A stretch of DNA of 64,000 nucleotides, taken from positions 2,560,001 through 2,624,000 of the forward strand of contig OZ242011.1 in NCBI GenBank assembly GCA_965204755.1, in the 5' to 3' direction. Below, in pieces: positions 26,478 through 35,387 of the stretch. A model generated the notes under the pieces. It ran no database searches. It was not told the DNA's origin and saw only the letters and a program-made list of their open reading frames with translations. Every line of letters begins with the position of its first letter. Position 1 is the stretch's first letter. A program made the translations under genes and the position numbers. This stretch comes from Candidatus Marinacidobacterium sp. GTDB taxonomy: Bacteria > Acidobacteriota > Vicinamibacteria > Marinacidobacterales > Marinacidobacteraceae.

Positions 26478-26495
26478 GCGGGCGGGCGCCGGGGC

Positions 26496-27665
26496 TCAGC
26501 GGGCGGCGAGTTCCTCGGCGAAGGCGCGGAGGCCGATGACTTCGACGCCGTCGCGCAGCGGGTAGCGGTCGTCCCCGGGATAGACGACGAAGGTCCGCTC
26601 GGGGCGGAGCGCGGCGCGGGCCTCGTGGAAGCCGCGGGAGACGGTCGGGGCGAGACCCAACTTCGCCTCGACCGCCCAGCGCCCGCCGCCGGGGAAGTCG
26701 AGCGCCAGGTCCATCTCCGCGCCGGCCGCGGTGCGGAAGAAACTCGCTTCGGTCCGCTCCGGGGCGGCGGCGATGGCGTTCTCGATGACGAAGCCCTCCC
26801 AACTCGCCCCGGCGACGGGATGCCCGGCGAGTTCGTCCCATGTCTCCGGGCCGAGGAGGGCGTGGACGAGGCCGCTGTCGCGCAAGTACACCTTCGGCGA
26901 CTTGACCAGGCGGCGGCCGATGTTCGCGGTGAGCGGCGGCAGCCGCCGGAGGAACATCAGGTCGGAGAGCAACTCCAGGCAGCGGTTCGTCGTCCGCGCC
27001 GCGATGCCGAGCGCCGCGGCCAGGCGGGAGGAGTTCAGCAGCCCGCCCTGGGAGTGGGCGAGCATCGTCCAGAGCCGGGCCACCACGCCCGGAGCGGCGC
27101 GGGGCGCGAACCAGGCGATGTCCCGGGCGACGATCGTCCGCAGGAAGTCGTTCCGGACTTTCCGGCTGCGGGCGTCGCCCTCGGCGCGGTAACTCTCCGG
27201 GAACCCGCCGCGCAGCCAGAGCCGCCGCCGCGCCGCCGGATCGTCCTCGATTTCCAGCGCGTCGAGCGGGCCGAGTTCCACTTCGGCGACCCTCCCGGCG
27301 AGGCTCTCCCCGGCGCGGGCCAGCAGGTCGAGCGACGCCGAGCCGAGCAGCAGGAACCGCCCGGCGCGCGCGCCCCGCCGCCGCCCCCGGTCGATCAGGC
27401 CGCGCAGGACCCGCAGGATCTCCGGCGTCCGGTGGATCTCGTCGAGGACGACCAGCCGGTTTTCGAGGGGCTCGAGGAAGAGGTTCGGATCGCGCAGTTT
27501 CGCCAGGTCCGCCGCGTCTTCGAGGTCGAGGTAGAGCCCGCCCTTCGCCTCGGCGACGGCGAGCGCCAGGGTGGTCTTTCCCGCTTGCCGGGGGCCGAGG
27601 AGGAATACGGCCGGCTGTCGGTCGAGGGCTTCGACGACGGTCGCGAAGGTGCGGCGGGGAATCAT
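26496..27665 (-). CDS. AAA_14-type ATPase with wHTH and DUF4143 (PD-(D/E)XK-like) domain
   Basis: MIPRR..., GPRQAGKTT, VVLDEIH, LLGSAS, WLRGGFP, KSPKVYLRDSG, FFRTAAGAEMDL...AVEAK. Confidence 0.9.
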   Translation of the reverse strand: MIPRRTFATVVEALDRQPAVFLLGPRQAGKTTLALAVAEAKGGLYLDLEDAADLAKLRDPNLFLEPLENRLVVLDEIHRTPEILRVLRGLIDRGRRRGARAGRFLLLGSASLDLLARAGESLAGRVAEVELGPLDALEIEDDPAARRRLWLRGGFPESYRAEGDARSRKVRNDFLRTIVARDIAWFAPRAAPGVVARLWTMLAHSQGGLLNSSRLAAALGIAARTTNRCLELLSDLMFLRRLPPLTANIGRRLVKSPKVYLRDSGLVHALLGPETWDELAGHPVAGASWEGFVIENAIAAAPERTEASFFRTAAGAEMDLALDFPGGGRWAVEAKLGLAPTVSRGFHEARAALRPERTFVVYPGDDRYPLRDGVEVIGLRAFAEELAAR

Positions 27666-27668
27666 CGT

Positions 27669-27706
27669 CCTTGTATTTTCGGTACTTGGATGTCGGATAT
27701 TCAAGG
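27669..27706. promoter_or_regulatory. Imperfect AT-rich inverted repeat, possible operator of the ATPase gene
   Basis: ccttgtattttcgg ... tcggatattcaagg (10/14 complementary) directly upstream of the start codon. Confidence 0.4.
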
Positions 27707-27781
27707 ATGTCGTGTTCGCATCCGGCGCCGGCGCGGTCTCGAAGGGGCCTTCGAGCGCGAAGGGACTCGATCCGCATCCGG

Positions 27782-27833
27782 TGTCAACCGGCGCCGAAAA
27801 TGTCCCACTTTTAAGCAACGAAAACGCCCCACC
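27782..27833 (+). mobile_element. Solitary IS21-family-like terminal repeat (no transposase in window)
   Basis: Starts TGTCAACCGGCG and carries two internal repeats, GAAAATGTCCCAC and GAAAACGCCCCAC, the layout typical of IS21-family ends. Confidence 0.65.
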
Positions 27834-27860
27834 TTGGGGAGTGGATGCGGTCGGTGGGTG

Positions 27861-29887
27861 AGGGGGTCGATCCGCGGCATCGAGCCGGTGAAGGGGCTCG
27901 ATCCGGGCGTCCTGCGGGTGCGAAGGGGGTCGATCCGCGTCGTGAGTCGGAAAGGGGGTCGATCCGCCGGTCGGCGGGTGAAGGGGTCGATCCGCGATGT
28001 CGAGCCGGTGAAGGGGCTCGATCCAGGTGTTCTGCGGGTGCGAAGGGGGTCGATCCGCGTCGTGAGTCGGGTAGGGGGTCGATCCGCCGGCCGGTGGGAC
28101 AAGGGGCTCGATCCGCGATATCGAGCCGGTGAAGGGGCTCGATCCGGGCGTCCTGCGGGTGCGAAGGGGGTCGATCCGTGTCGTGAATCGGATAGGGGGT
28201 CGATCCGCCGGTCGGTGGGTGAAGGGGCTCGATCCGCGATGTCGGGCCGGTGAAGGGGCTCGATCCGAGTGTCCTGCGGGTGCGAAGGGGGTCGATCCGC
28301 GTCGTGAGTCGGGTAGGGGGTCGATCCGTCGGTTGGCGGGTGAAGGGGTCGATCCGCGATATCGAGCCGGTGAAGGGGCTCGATCCGGGCGTCCTGCGGG
28401 TGCGAAGGGGGTCGATCCGTGTCGTGAGTCGGGTAGGGGGTCGATCCGCCGGTCGGTGGGTGAAGGGGGTCGATCCGCGATATCGAGCCGGTGAAGGGGC
28501 TCGATCCGGGCGTCCTGCGGGTGCGAAGGGGCTCGATCCGCGTCGTGAATCGGATAGGGGGTCGATCCGCCGGTCGGTGGGTGAAGGGGCTCGATCCGCG
28601 ATGTCGGGCCGGTGAAGGGGCTCGATCCGGGTGTCCTGCGGGTGCGAAGGGGGTCGATCCGCGTCGTGAGTCGGGTAGGGGGTCGATCCGCCGGTCGGTG
28701 GGTGAAGGGGCTCGATCCGCGATATCGAGCCGGTGAAGGGGCTCGATCCGGGCGTTCTGCGGGTGCGAAGGGGGTCGATCCGCGCCGTGAGTCGGGTAGG
28801 GGGTCGATCCGTCGGTTGGCGGGTGAAGGGGTCGATCCGCGATATCGAGCCGGTGAAGGGGCTCGATCCGGGCGTCCTGCGGGTGCGAAGGGGGTCGATC
28901 CGCGCCGTGAGTCGGGTAGGGGTCGATCCGTCGGTTGGCGGGTGAAGGGGTCGATCCGCGCCGTGAGTCGAGTAGGGGGTCGATCCGTCGGTTGGCGGGT
29001 GAAGGGGTCGATCCGCGCCGTGAGTCGAGTAGGGGGTCGATCCGCCGGTTGGCGGGTGAAGGGGTCGATCCGCGACATCGAGCCAGCGAAGGGGCTCGAT
29101 CCGGGTGTCCTGCGGGTACGAAGGGGGTCGATCCGCGTCGTGAGTCGGGTAGGGGGTCGATCCGCCGGTCGGCGGGCGAAGGGGCTCGATCCGGGCGTCC
29201 GGCGGGTGCGAAGGGGGTCGATCCGCGCCGTGAGTCGGGTAGGGGGTCGATCCGTCGGTTGGCGGGTGAAGGGCTCGATCCGCGACATCGGGCGGGCGAA
29301 GGGGCTCGATCCGGGCGTCCGGCGGGTGCGAAGGGGGTCGATCCGCGTCGTGAGTCGGGTAGGGGGTCGATCCGCCGGTCGGTGGGACAAGGGGGTCGAT
29401 CCGCGATATCGAGCCGGTGCAGGGGCTCGATCCGCGGGTCCTGCGGGTGCGAAGGGGGTCGATCCGTGTCGTGAATCGGATAGGGAGTCGATCCGCCGGT
29501 CGGTGGGTGAAGGGGTCGATCCGAGAGATGGGGCCGGTGCAGGGGCTCGATCCGGGCGTCCTGCGGGTGCGAAGGGGGTCGATCCGCGTCGTGAGTCGGA
29601 TAGGGGGTCGATCCGCCGGTCGGTAGGTGAAGGGGGTCGATCCGCGAGATAGGGCCGGTGCAGGGGCTCGATCCGGGCGTCTTGCGGGTGCGAGGGGGCT
29701 CGATCCGCGCCGTGAGTCGGCTGGGGGTCGATCCGCCGGTGGTAGGTGAAGGGGGTCGATCCGCGAGATGGGGCCGGTGAAGGGGCTCGATCCGGCTGTC
29801 TTGCGGGTGCGAAGGGGGTCGATCCGCGCCGTGAGTCGGGTAGGGGGCTCGATCCGCCGGGTGGCGGGTGCGAAGGGGGTCGATCCG
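27861..29887 (+). repeat. Higher-order tandem array: about 68 AGGGG(G/C)TCGATCCG cores separated by four cycling linkers (120-121 bp super-unit)
   Basis: GATC at 27869, 27900, 27932, 27961, 27989, 28020 ... 29882. Linkers A cgatatcgagccggtg, B ggcgtcctgcgggtgcg, C cgtcgtgagtcgggt, D ccggtcggtgggtg. Confidence 0.97.
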
Positions 29888-29967
29888 TTCGAGCGGAGGC
29901 CGGAGGGAGTTCGCGATCCCTCGCGCCGGGTGGCCGGGAGGCCGGTAGCGGGCGCGACCGGGGGCGG

Positions 29968-31251
29968 CTACCGGGGAGATTCCGGCGCGGCGCGATAGGC
30001 CTGCTCGACTCCGCGGGCGCCGACCGGGTGGCGGCGTTCGAGGAGTCCTTCTTCGGCCATGGGCCGGAGGTGGCGCTTCCGCAGGTTGCGCTCGTTCATC
30101 CCCAGTTGGGAGGCGAGTTCGGCGCGGGTGGTCCAGCGCCCCTCGCAGAGTCGCACGATCACCGCGCGAAGGGCGGTCTTGCGGGGCCGTTTGCCGAGGG
30201 CGGCGACGGCGGCGCGAAGGTCGTCCGGCAGTCGGGTCGGCGGTTCGGGAGCCGGGTCGGTCGGCTCGGGGCGGTCGGGGGAGTCGCGGCGGGGGGCGGG
30301 GGCGGGGGTGGTTTCGGTTGGCTCGGGCGGCTCGGGTTCGGGCGTGGCGGCGTCGGCGTCCGGGGGGGTCGCGACGGGCGGGGCGCGGGGCGGGGGTTCC
30401 GGGCTCGGCGCGGCGGTTTCCGCTCGGTCGTCCGGCGACTCCTCCGGTCGGCGGGTTCGGGGGCGGGCGGTTCGGGGGCGGGCGGTTCGGGGGCGGTCGT
30501 AAGGCGGGGGCGCCGCGCCGGCCGGCTCGGTGGACGGGGGAGGGGACGCGGGCGGCGGTTCCGGCGGCGGCTCGGGGGTCGGTGTCCCGACCGCGCCTTC
30601 GGCGGAAGGCGGCTCGGCGCGTCGGGTCGGGGGTTTCGCGGGAGTCCGCTTCCGGGGCGGGGCGACCGCGCGGGTGTCCGGCGCCGGCGGGGCAACCTCC
30701 TTCGGCGCCGGCGCGCGGGCGGGGGGGTCGGGCGGCGGCGCCTCGATGACCGGCTTCGGTCCCTCCGGGGCTTCGCCGGTGACGGCTTCGTGGAGTTCGC
30801 CGAGGGCGACGCCCACCCCGGCGGCGTCCCGCGCGGTGTCCGCCCAGCGGGCGCCGCCCTCGCGCATCTGCTTGCCGGCGGCGGCCAGTTGCCCGCCGAC
30901 TCGGCCCAGGCGGCCGCCGGATTCGCTCCACTTCCGCCCCACCCGGTCGAAGCGGTTTCCCATCTTGCCGACGCCCTGCGCGACCTTCGCGGCGGCGTTC
31001 GCGATCCGGGCGCCCCGGTAGGCCGACCGGCCCGCCACCCGCAGCCCCCGGCCGAGGTGGATGCCGATCCAGCGCGCCCAGAGCCAGGCGAACCGCGCCG
31101 CCGCGATGGGCTTGGCGAGCCACTGCCGCAGCCGGTCGAGCCCCGGCGGCTCGTCCGGGGAACGGAGGACGACGCCGGACTCCGCCGGCTCGGGGGACTC
31201 CGCCGGTTCGCGGTCGGGGCCGGGGGAGCGGGGGACGGTTCCGGACTCCAT
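29968..31251 (-). CDS. Protein with N-terminal amphipathic helices, Pro-rich linker and C-terminal winged-helix DNA-binding domain
   Basis: C-terminus LRAVIVRLCEGRWTTRAELASQLGMNERNLRKRHLRPMAEEGLLERRHP...QAYRA resembles the wHTH tails of Fic/RecG-C-like proteins. N-terminus ARFAWLWARWIGIHLGRGLRV. Confidence 0.7.
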   Translation of the reverse strand: MESGTVPRSPGPDREPAESPEPAESGVVLRSPDEPPGLDRLRQWLAKPIAAARFAWLWARWIGIHLGRGLRVAGRSAYRGARIANAAAKVAQGVGKMGNRFDRVGRKWSESGGRLGRVGGQLAAAGKQMREGGARWADTARDAAGVGVALGELHEAVTGEAPEGPKPVIEAPPPDPPARAPAPKEVAPPAPDTRAVAPPRKRTPAKPPTRRAEPPSAEGAVGTPTPEPPPEPPPASPPPSTEPAGAAPPPYDRPRTARPRTARPRTRRPEESPDDRAETAAPSPEPPPRAPPVATPPDADAATPEPEPPEPTETTPAPAPRRDSPDRPEPTDPAPEPPTRLPDDLRAAVAALGKRPRKTALRAVIVRLCEGRWTTRAELASQLGMNERNLRKRHLRPMAEEGLLERRHPVGARGVEQAYRAAPESPR

Positions 31252-31324
31252 CGGTGCGGGGGCTCTGCCTGCCGCCGAGACTATCCGACCCCGGCGGCGC
31301 CCGCCGGGGTACGGTTTCGGCCCG

Positions 31325-31696
31325 ATGCTCACCGCCCCGTTCTCTCGGCGGCCTCGGGCTGCCGGGCCGTACTTCTTCCTCGTGCTCGAGGAAGAGCACA
31401 GTTGCCGGAGCCGGCGGGAACTCCTGCCCGCCGTGCTCCGCGCGCTGGCGGCGCGGGATCCCGGTTTCCTCGAGCGGGCGGCGGCGCGACTCGGCGGCCG
31501 CGCGCGTCCCTACCTCGCCCGGGACCGCGGGGCCGTGATGCGCGGACGCCGGTGGCGGATTCCTCCCGCCCGACTTCCGGGAGGATGGTGGGTCCGCAGC
31601 CAGTTCAACCGCGAGAGTCTGGCGAGGATCCTCCCGCGAGTGGCCGAGGCCGCCGGACTGCGCTGGGGCGAAGACCTCATCGTCGACCTGGACTGA
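31325..31696 (+). CDS. Small protein resembling the SeqA C-terminal DNA-binding domain
   Basis: LGGRARPYLARD...PARLPGGWWVRSQFNRE aligns by eye with E. coli SeqA LHGRTRVYFAAD...PKHVPGTPYWVITNTNTG. Ends AEAAGLRWGEDLIVDL. Confidence 0.6.
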   Translation: MLTAPFSRRPRAAGPYFFLVLEEEHSCRSRRELLPAVLRALAARDPGFLERAAARLGGRARPYLARDRGAVMRGRRWRIPPARLPGGWWVRSQFNRESLARILPRVAEAAGLRWGEDLIVDLD

Positions 31697-31709
31697 ACTC
31701 CCGCGCCGT

Positions 31710-32165
31710 TCAGCGGCCGGCGTTTCCTTCCAGGACCGGCAGCGCCTCCTCGCAACGGGCGATGGTCGGGCGGGCGTACGCCGCGCGAAGCGACAGCAGG
31801 TCCCGGTCTTCCGACACCAGGTAGTCGGCGTCCCCGTCGATCGCGCAGAGCAGGAACACCTCGTCGTCGGGGTCACTCGGCCGGGTCGGGGCCTCGGCGG
31901 AAACCAGCCGCACGCGCTCGAAAGCGGCGGAGAGGTAGGCGACCAACTCCTCGGCGCGCTCGATCGGGCTTCCCCGCGCCACCAACTTCCCCAGGTACTC
32001 CGTCAACATGGCGTCGCAGTACAGCCCGCGGTGTTTTCCGGACGCGAGCAGGAGGAGGCGCAGGTGGCAGTTCGGGTCCTCCGGAACGCCGCGGCGCAAC
32101 CACCGCGACCCCGCGCCCACGATCTCGTTCGTGTCCAGCACGCAGCGCAGGCGAGACCGGTTCAT
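31710..32165 (-). CDS. PIN-domain toxin (PIN_3 type)
   Basis: RCVLDTNEIV and SDPDDEVFLLCAIDGDADYLVSEDRDLLSL. ATGA overlap with the res stop. Confidence 0.88.
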   Translation of the reverse strand: MNRSRLRCVLDTNEIVGAGSRWLRRGVPEDPNCHLRLLLLASGKHRGLYCDAMLTEYLGKLVARGSPIERAEELVAYLSAAFERVRLVSAEAPTRPSDPDDEVFLLCAIDGDADYLVSEDRDLLSLRAAYARPTIARCEEALPVLEGNAGR

Positions 32166-35100
32166 GGCCGATCGCCGGTTTCGTAGGGCTCGTCGAACAA
32201 GTCGTGCAGGGCCCGGACGAAGTCCTCCCTCGTCCAGCCGGCCGCCTTGAGGCGCTCCGCCCTCGCGACCGCCCGCTTCACCATCGCTTCCGCTTCCGCG
32301 CGCGCCCGCTTCTTCCGCGCGGCCACGAGTTCCCGGATCTGCGCATCCAACGCATGGGGATCCCGGCACACGAGGAAGTCCCATCGACCGAGGCGCCGCC
32401 AGCGGTTCACCGCGCGCACCCAGCGTTTCGCCGCTTCGTGTTTCGCCGCCGTTTCGGGACGGTCGAGCCCCTTGACCTCGATGATGAGCCGCGCGCCGTC
32501 CTCCAGGCAGGCGATGAAGTCCGGTTCGTAACCCCGGTCGTTGCCGTGGAACGAATAGGGGATCGAGAACTCCAGCCGCTCGTTGCGCGCGTAACTCGTC
32601 ACGACGCCGTCCCGCGCCAACTCTTCGAGTTTCCCGGCGGCGACCTGCTCCCAGCGCGCCGTGTCGCAGGCCACATAGTTCACATGGCTGGCCGTCGTCG
32701 CCACCACCGGCTTCACCGTCTTGAAGCGCACGCTGCCGGTGCCCCCGCTCCGCCGGTACGCGTTCAGCCGCGGCAGTTCCGCCGGTTCGCCGGCGGCGTC
32801 GGCGGGCGCGATGGCGTCGGTGAGCAGCCCGACGATCCGCTGCCGGTAGATCTCCATCTCGACTTCCCGCAGGTCGAACCCGTTCAGGGTCACCCGGTCC
32901 CGGAGGTAGGCGCGGACGATCCCGAGCACCTGGGGGAAGAGCGTCTGCCGGGATTCCCGGCGCAGCGATCCGGGTTTGCCCCCGCTCCCCTCGGTCAACT
33001 CGCGCACGACATCCCCCGCGATCCGGAACGCGATGCTCTGCGGATGGACGCCCTCGTGGAACGGCGAGCGGTCCACTTCCTTCGCCACGAGGTCGGCGTA
33101 CTCGCCCGGCGATCCGGTCTTGAAACCCGCCTGCGCCGCCACCGTCGTCGTCGTCGGCGTTTCCTCCCGCCGGAGCACCGTCTTCTCGACGGAGGCGACC
33201 TCGCAGCGGATGCGGTTCCGGGCGGGAACGGTCACATACCCCTCGACGACCGGGAAGCGGATCTCGAGATGGCGCCGCTCCGGGAGCGCGGTGACCACAT
33301 GCTGCGGCCGGTCGTTCGCCTCCTTCTTCCCCGGGGGCCGCCCCTTGAACGGGATCAGCGAGAACGGGACGCCGAAGACATCCACATACTCCGGCGTGAG
33401 CAGTCCGGTGTCCGGGTCGGGCACATAGTCCATCCGGCGGAGGCCCCGCCCGACCACCTGTTCGCACAGCAGTTGGCTGTGGAAGGCGCGGAGTCCGAGG
33501 ATGTGGGTCACATTGTTGGCGTCCCAGCCCTCGCTGAGCATGTTCACGCTCACCACGCAGCGGATGCGCTCTCCCGGCATACCCGGTTTGCCGACGGTGG
33601 ACACCGCGCGGCGCAGGTCTTCCGCCGCTTCCTTCCGGTTCGACTTCGCGTCGCCGCTCTCGGCTTCGGCGAGCAGTCCGGAATCGATGCGCAGCGTCAC
33701 TTCGGCGCCTTCCCGGTTCCAGAACTGTTCGAAGCCGCTCAACCCGGCGCCGTAGCGCTTGACCTTCTTCGCTTTCCCGGTTTTGCCGGACTGCTTGCCG
33801 GACTGCTTGCCGTTCGCGCCGCGGCCGCCGTCCGCCGGGTCTTCCGCCTCGGCCATCGTTTCGCCGGAGATGCGCGCGTGGAAATGGCGGGCGATCGCGG
33901 TGTTGTCGCAGACCACGATCAACGCCGGCGGCGTCCGGTCCCGGCCCGGTTCGGCCTCGTTCACCTGGTCGAACCGCTCCTTCCACTGGCCGGCCAGCGT
34001 GAGCAGCGCGTCTTCCGCCGACCGATAGACCGCCTCCGGTTTGGGTTTCCCGCCGGGGAGCCGGTCGCCGGGGCCGAGCGAGTCGAGGACTCTCTGCCAG
34101 AGGCGGAAGTACTTCGGGTCGGGCTGTCCGCTGTCGTCGCGCGCCGGCAGGCGGGGGATCTTCGTGATGCCGGACTCGATGGCGTCCACCAAACCGAAGT
34201 CGCTCACGATCCAGGGGAACGGCGAACCCTCCGGGTATCCGCTGCCGGAGATGTAGAAGGGCGTCGCGGAAAGGTCCACGGCGAGCCGGATGCCGCAGGC
34301 GGCGTGGATCAGGTCGAGCCCTTCGACCCATACGGTCGCGGTCCGCCGTTCGTCCCGCTCCGACTCGGTGAGCCCTTCGACATTCGCCGGCGCCGGGCGG
34401 TAGGCGTGGTGGCCTTCGTCGTTCAGCACCATCAGCGGCTCGTCGTCCCAGAGATCGCCCAGCCGGGCGCGGGCGAACGCCTCCGGCGTTTCCTCCCCGA
34501 GGTCGCCGACCTTCGCGCCGCCGACGCGGATCTCCGGGGATTCCCGCGTCAGCAGGTGCCAGTTCGAGACGAGCACCTTGCCCTTCGCCAGTTCCGGCCG
34601 CAGGCCGGGGGGAACGAGGTCGAACGCTTCGTAGTAGTTGCCCGGCGCTCCCGGCCGCAGCACCGAGAGGCGCTCCCGGATGGTCAGGTTCGGACAGACG
34701 ACGAAGACGCGGCGCGGGTATCGGGGGTCTCCGGGTTTCGTGCCCCGGTTGCAGAACGCCCAGGCGACGAGCATCGCCATGACCACGGTCTTCCCGCTGC
34801 CCGTCGCCATCTTGCAGGCGACGCGGGGAATCGGCGCGAAACCCGGGAGGTTCGGGAGGTCGGCGAGTTTCGGGTGCTGGGCGACCTGCGCCACCCAGTC
34901 GTCCGGGCGGGGGTTGCGGCCTTCCCGGAGCGCTTCGTACTCGGCGGGCGCCAGCCGGCGTTTCCAGCGCGTCCGTTTGCCCGCCGCGAGGATCTCCTGC
35001 AGGTAGAGGACGGTTTCCACCGCTTCGAGTTGGCAGAAGAAGAGGCGGCGCAGGCGGTCCTTCCTCCACCAGTGGCGGAGCAGCCGTTTGGTGGTTTCGG

Positions 35101-35383
35101 AGGCGTTTTGCCACCCGGACTCCCGCCAGCGCCGCACATCGGAGCGCAGCGCGTTGACGAGCGGCAGGTCGTCCCGGTCTTCGTCGGGGAGCAGCAACTG
35201 CCGCGCGCTGCCGGAGCGGACGGTCTTGAACCAGTAACTCGCCTCCCGGCGCCCGGCGACCTGCGACGGGACGCCGGTGCTGCGGCTGTAGAGCCAGTGC
35301 CGGTCGGGTTCCTCGTAGGGCGAGCAGAGGATCGGCTGCTCGACCGGCTCGACCGGAATCCCGGAGTCTTCGGGCGTCGGCAC
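32162..35383 (-). CDS. res: Type III restriction endonuclease Res subunit
   Basis: PILCSPYEEP, LFFCQLEAVET, KMATGSGKT, LNDEGHHAY, DLSATP, MLSEGWDA, EQVVGRGLRR, and nuclease YEPDFI...IIEVKG. Confidence 0.92.
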   Translation of the reverse strand: MPTPEDSGIPVEPVEQPILCSPYEEPDRHWLYSRSTGVPSQVAGRREASYWFKTVRSGSARQLLLPDEDRDDLPLVNALRSDVRRWRESGWQNASETTKRLLRHWWRKDRLRRLFFCQLEAVETVLYLQEILAAGKRTRWKRRLAPAEYEALREGRNPRPDDWVAQVAQHPKLADLPNLPGFAPIPRVACKMATGSGKTVVMAMLVAWAFCNRGTKPGDPRYPRRVFVVCPNLTIRERLSVLRPGAPGNYYEAFDLVPPGLRPELAKGKVLVSNWHLLTRESPEIRVGGAKVGDLGEETPEAFARARLGDLWDDEPLMVLNDEGHHAYRPAPANVEGLTESERDERRTATVWVEGLDLIHAACGIRLAVDLSATPFYISGSGYPEGSPFPWIVSDFGLVDAIESGITKIPRLPARDDSGQPDPKYFRLWQRVLDSLGPGDRLPGGKPKPEAVYRSAEDALLTLAGQWKERFDQVNEAEPGRDRTPPALIVVCDNTAIARHFHARISGETMAEAEDPADGGRGANGKQSGKQSGKTGKAKKVKRYGAGLSGFEQFWNREGAEVTLRIDSGLLAEAESGDAKSNRKEAAEDLRRAVSTVGKPGMPGERIRCVVSVNMLSEGWDANNVTHILGLRAFHSQLLCEQVVGRGLRRMDYVPDPDTGLLTPEYVDVFGVPFSLIPFKGRPPGKKEANDRPQHVVTALPERRHLEIRFPVVEGYVTVPARNRIRCEVASVEKTVLRREETPTTTTVAAQAGFKTGSPGEYADLVAKEVDRSPFHEGVHPQSIAFRIAGDVVRELTEGSGGKPGSLRRESRQTLFPQVLGIVRAYLRDRVTLNGFDLREVEMEIYRQRIVGLLTDAIAPADAAGEPAELPRLNAYRRSGGTGSVRFKTVKPVVATTASHVNYVACDTARWEQVAAGKLEELARDGVVTSYARNERLEFSIPYSFHGNDRGYEPDFIACLEDGARLIIEVKGLDRPETAAKHEAAKRWVRAVNRWRRLGRWDFLVCRDPHALDAQIRELVAARKKRARAEAEAMVKRAVARAERLKAAGWTREDFVRALHDLFDEPYETGDRP

Positions 35384-35387
35384 GGGG

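Noticed and set aside
27861-29887. CRISPR array
   Set aside because: The core is only about 14 bp, the linkers are four recurring types rather than unique spacers, and no cas genes are in the window.
27861-29887. Replication origin or plasmid iterons
   Set aside because: No rep, dnaA or parA/parB genes, no DnaA boxes and no substantial AT-rich unwinding element were seen.
26496-31876. Long minus-strand ORFs (964 aa and 1391 aa) running through the array
   Set aside because: The C-rich strand simply lacks stop codons, and the peptide pattern changes frame with each 121-bp unit. The ATPase has a family-typical start at 27665.
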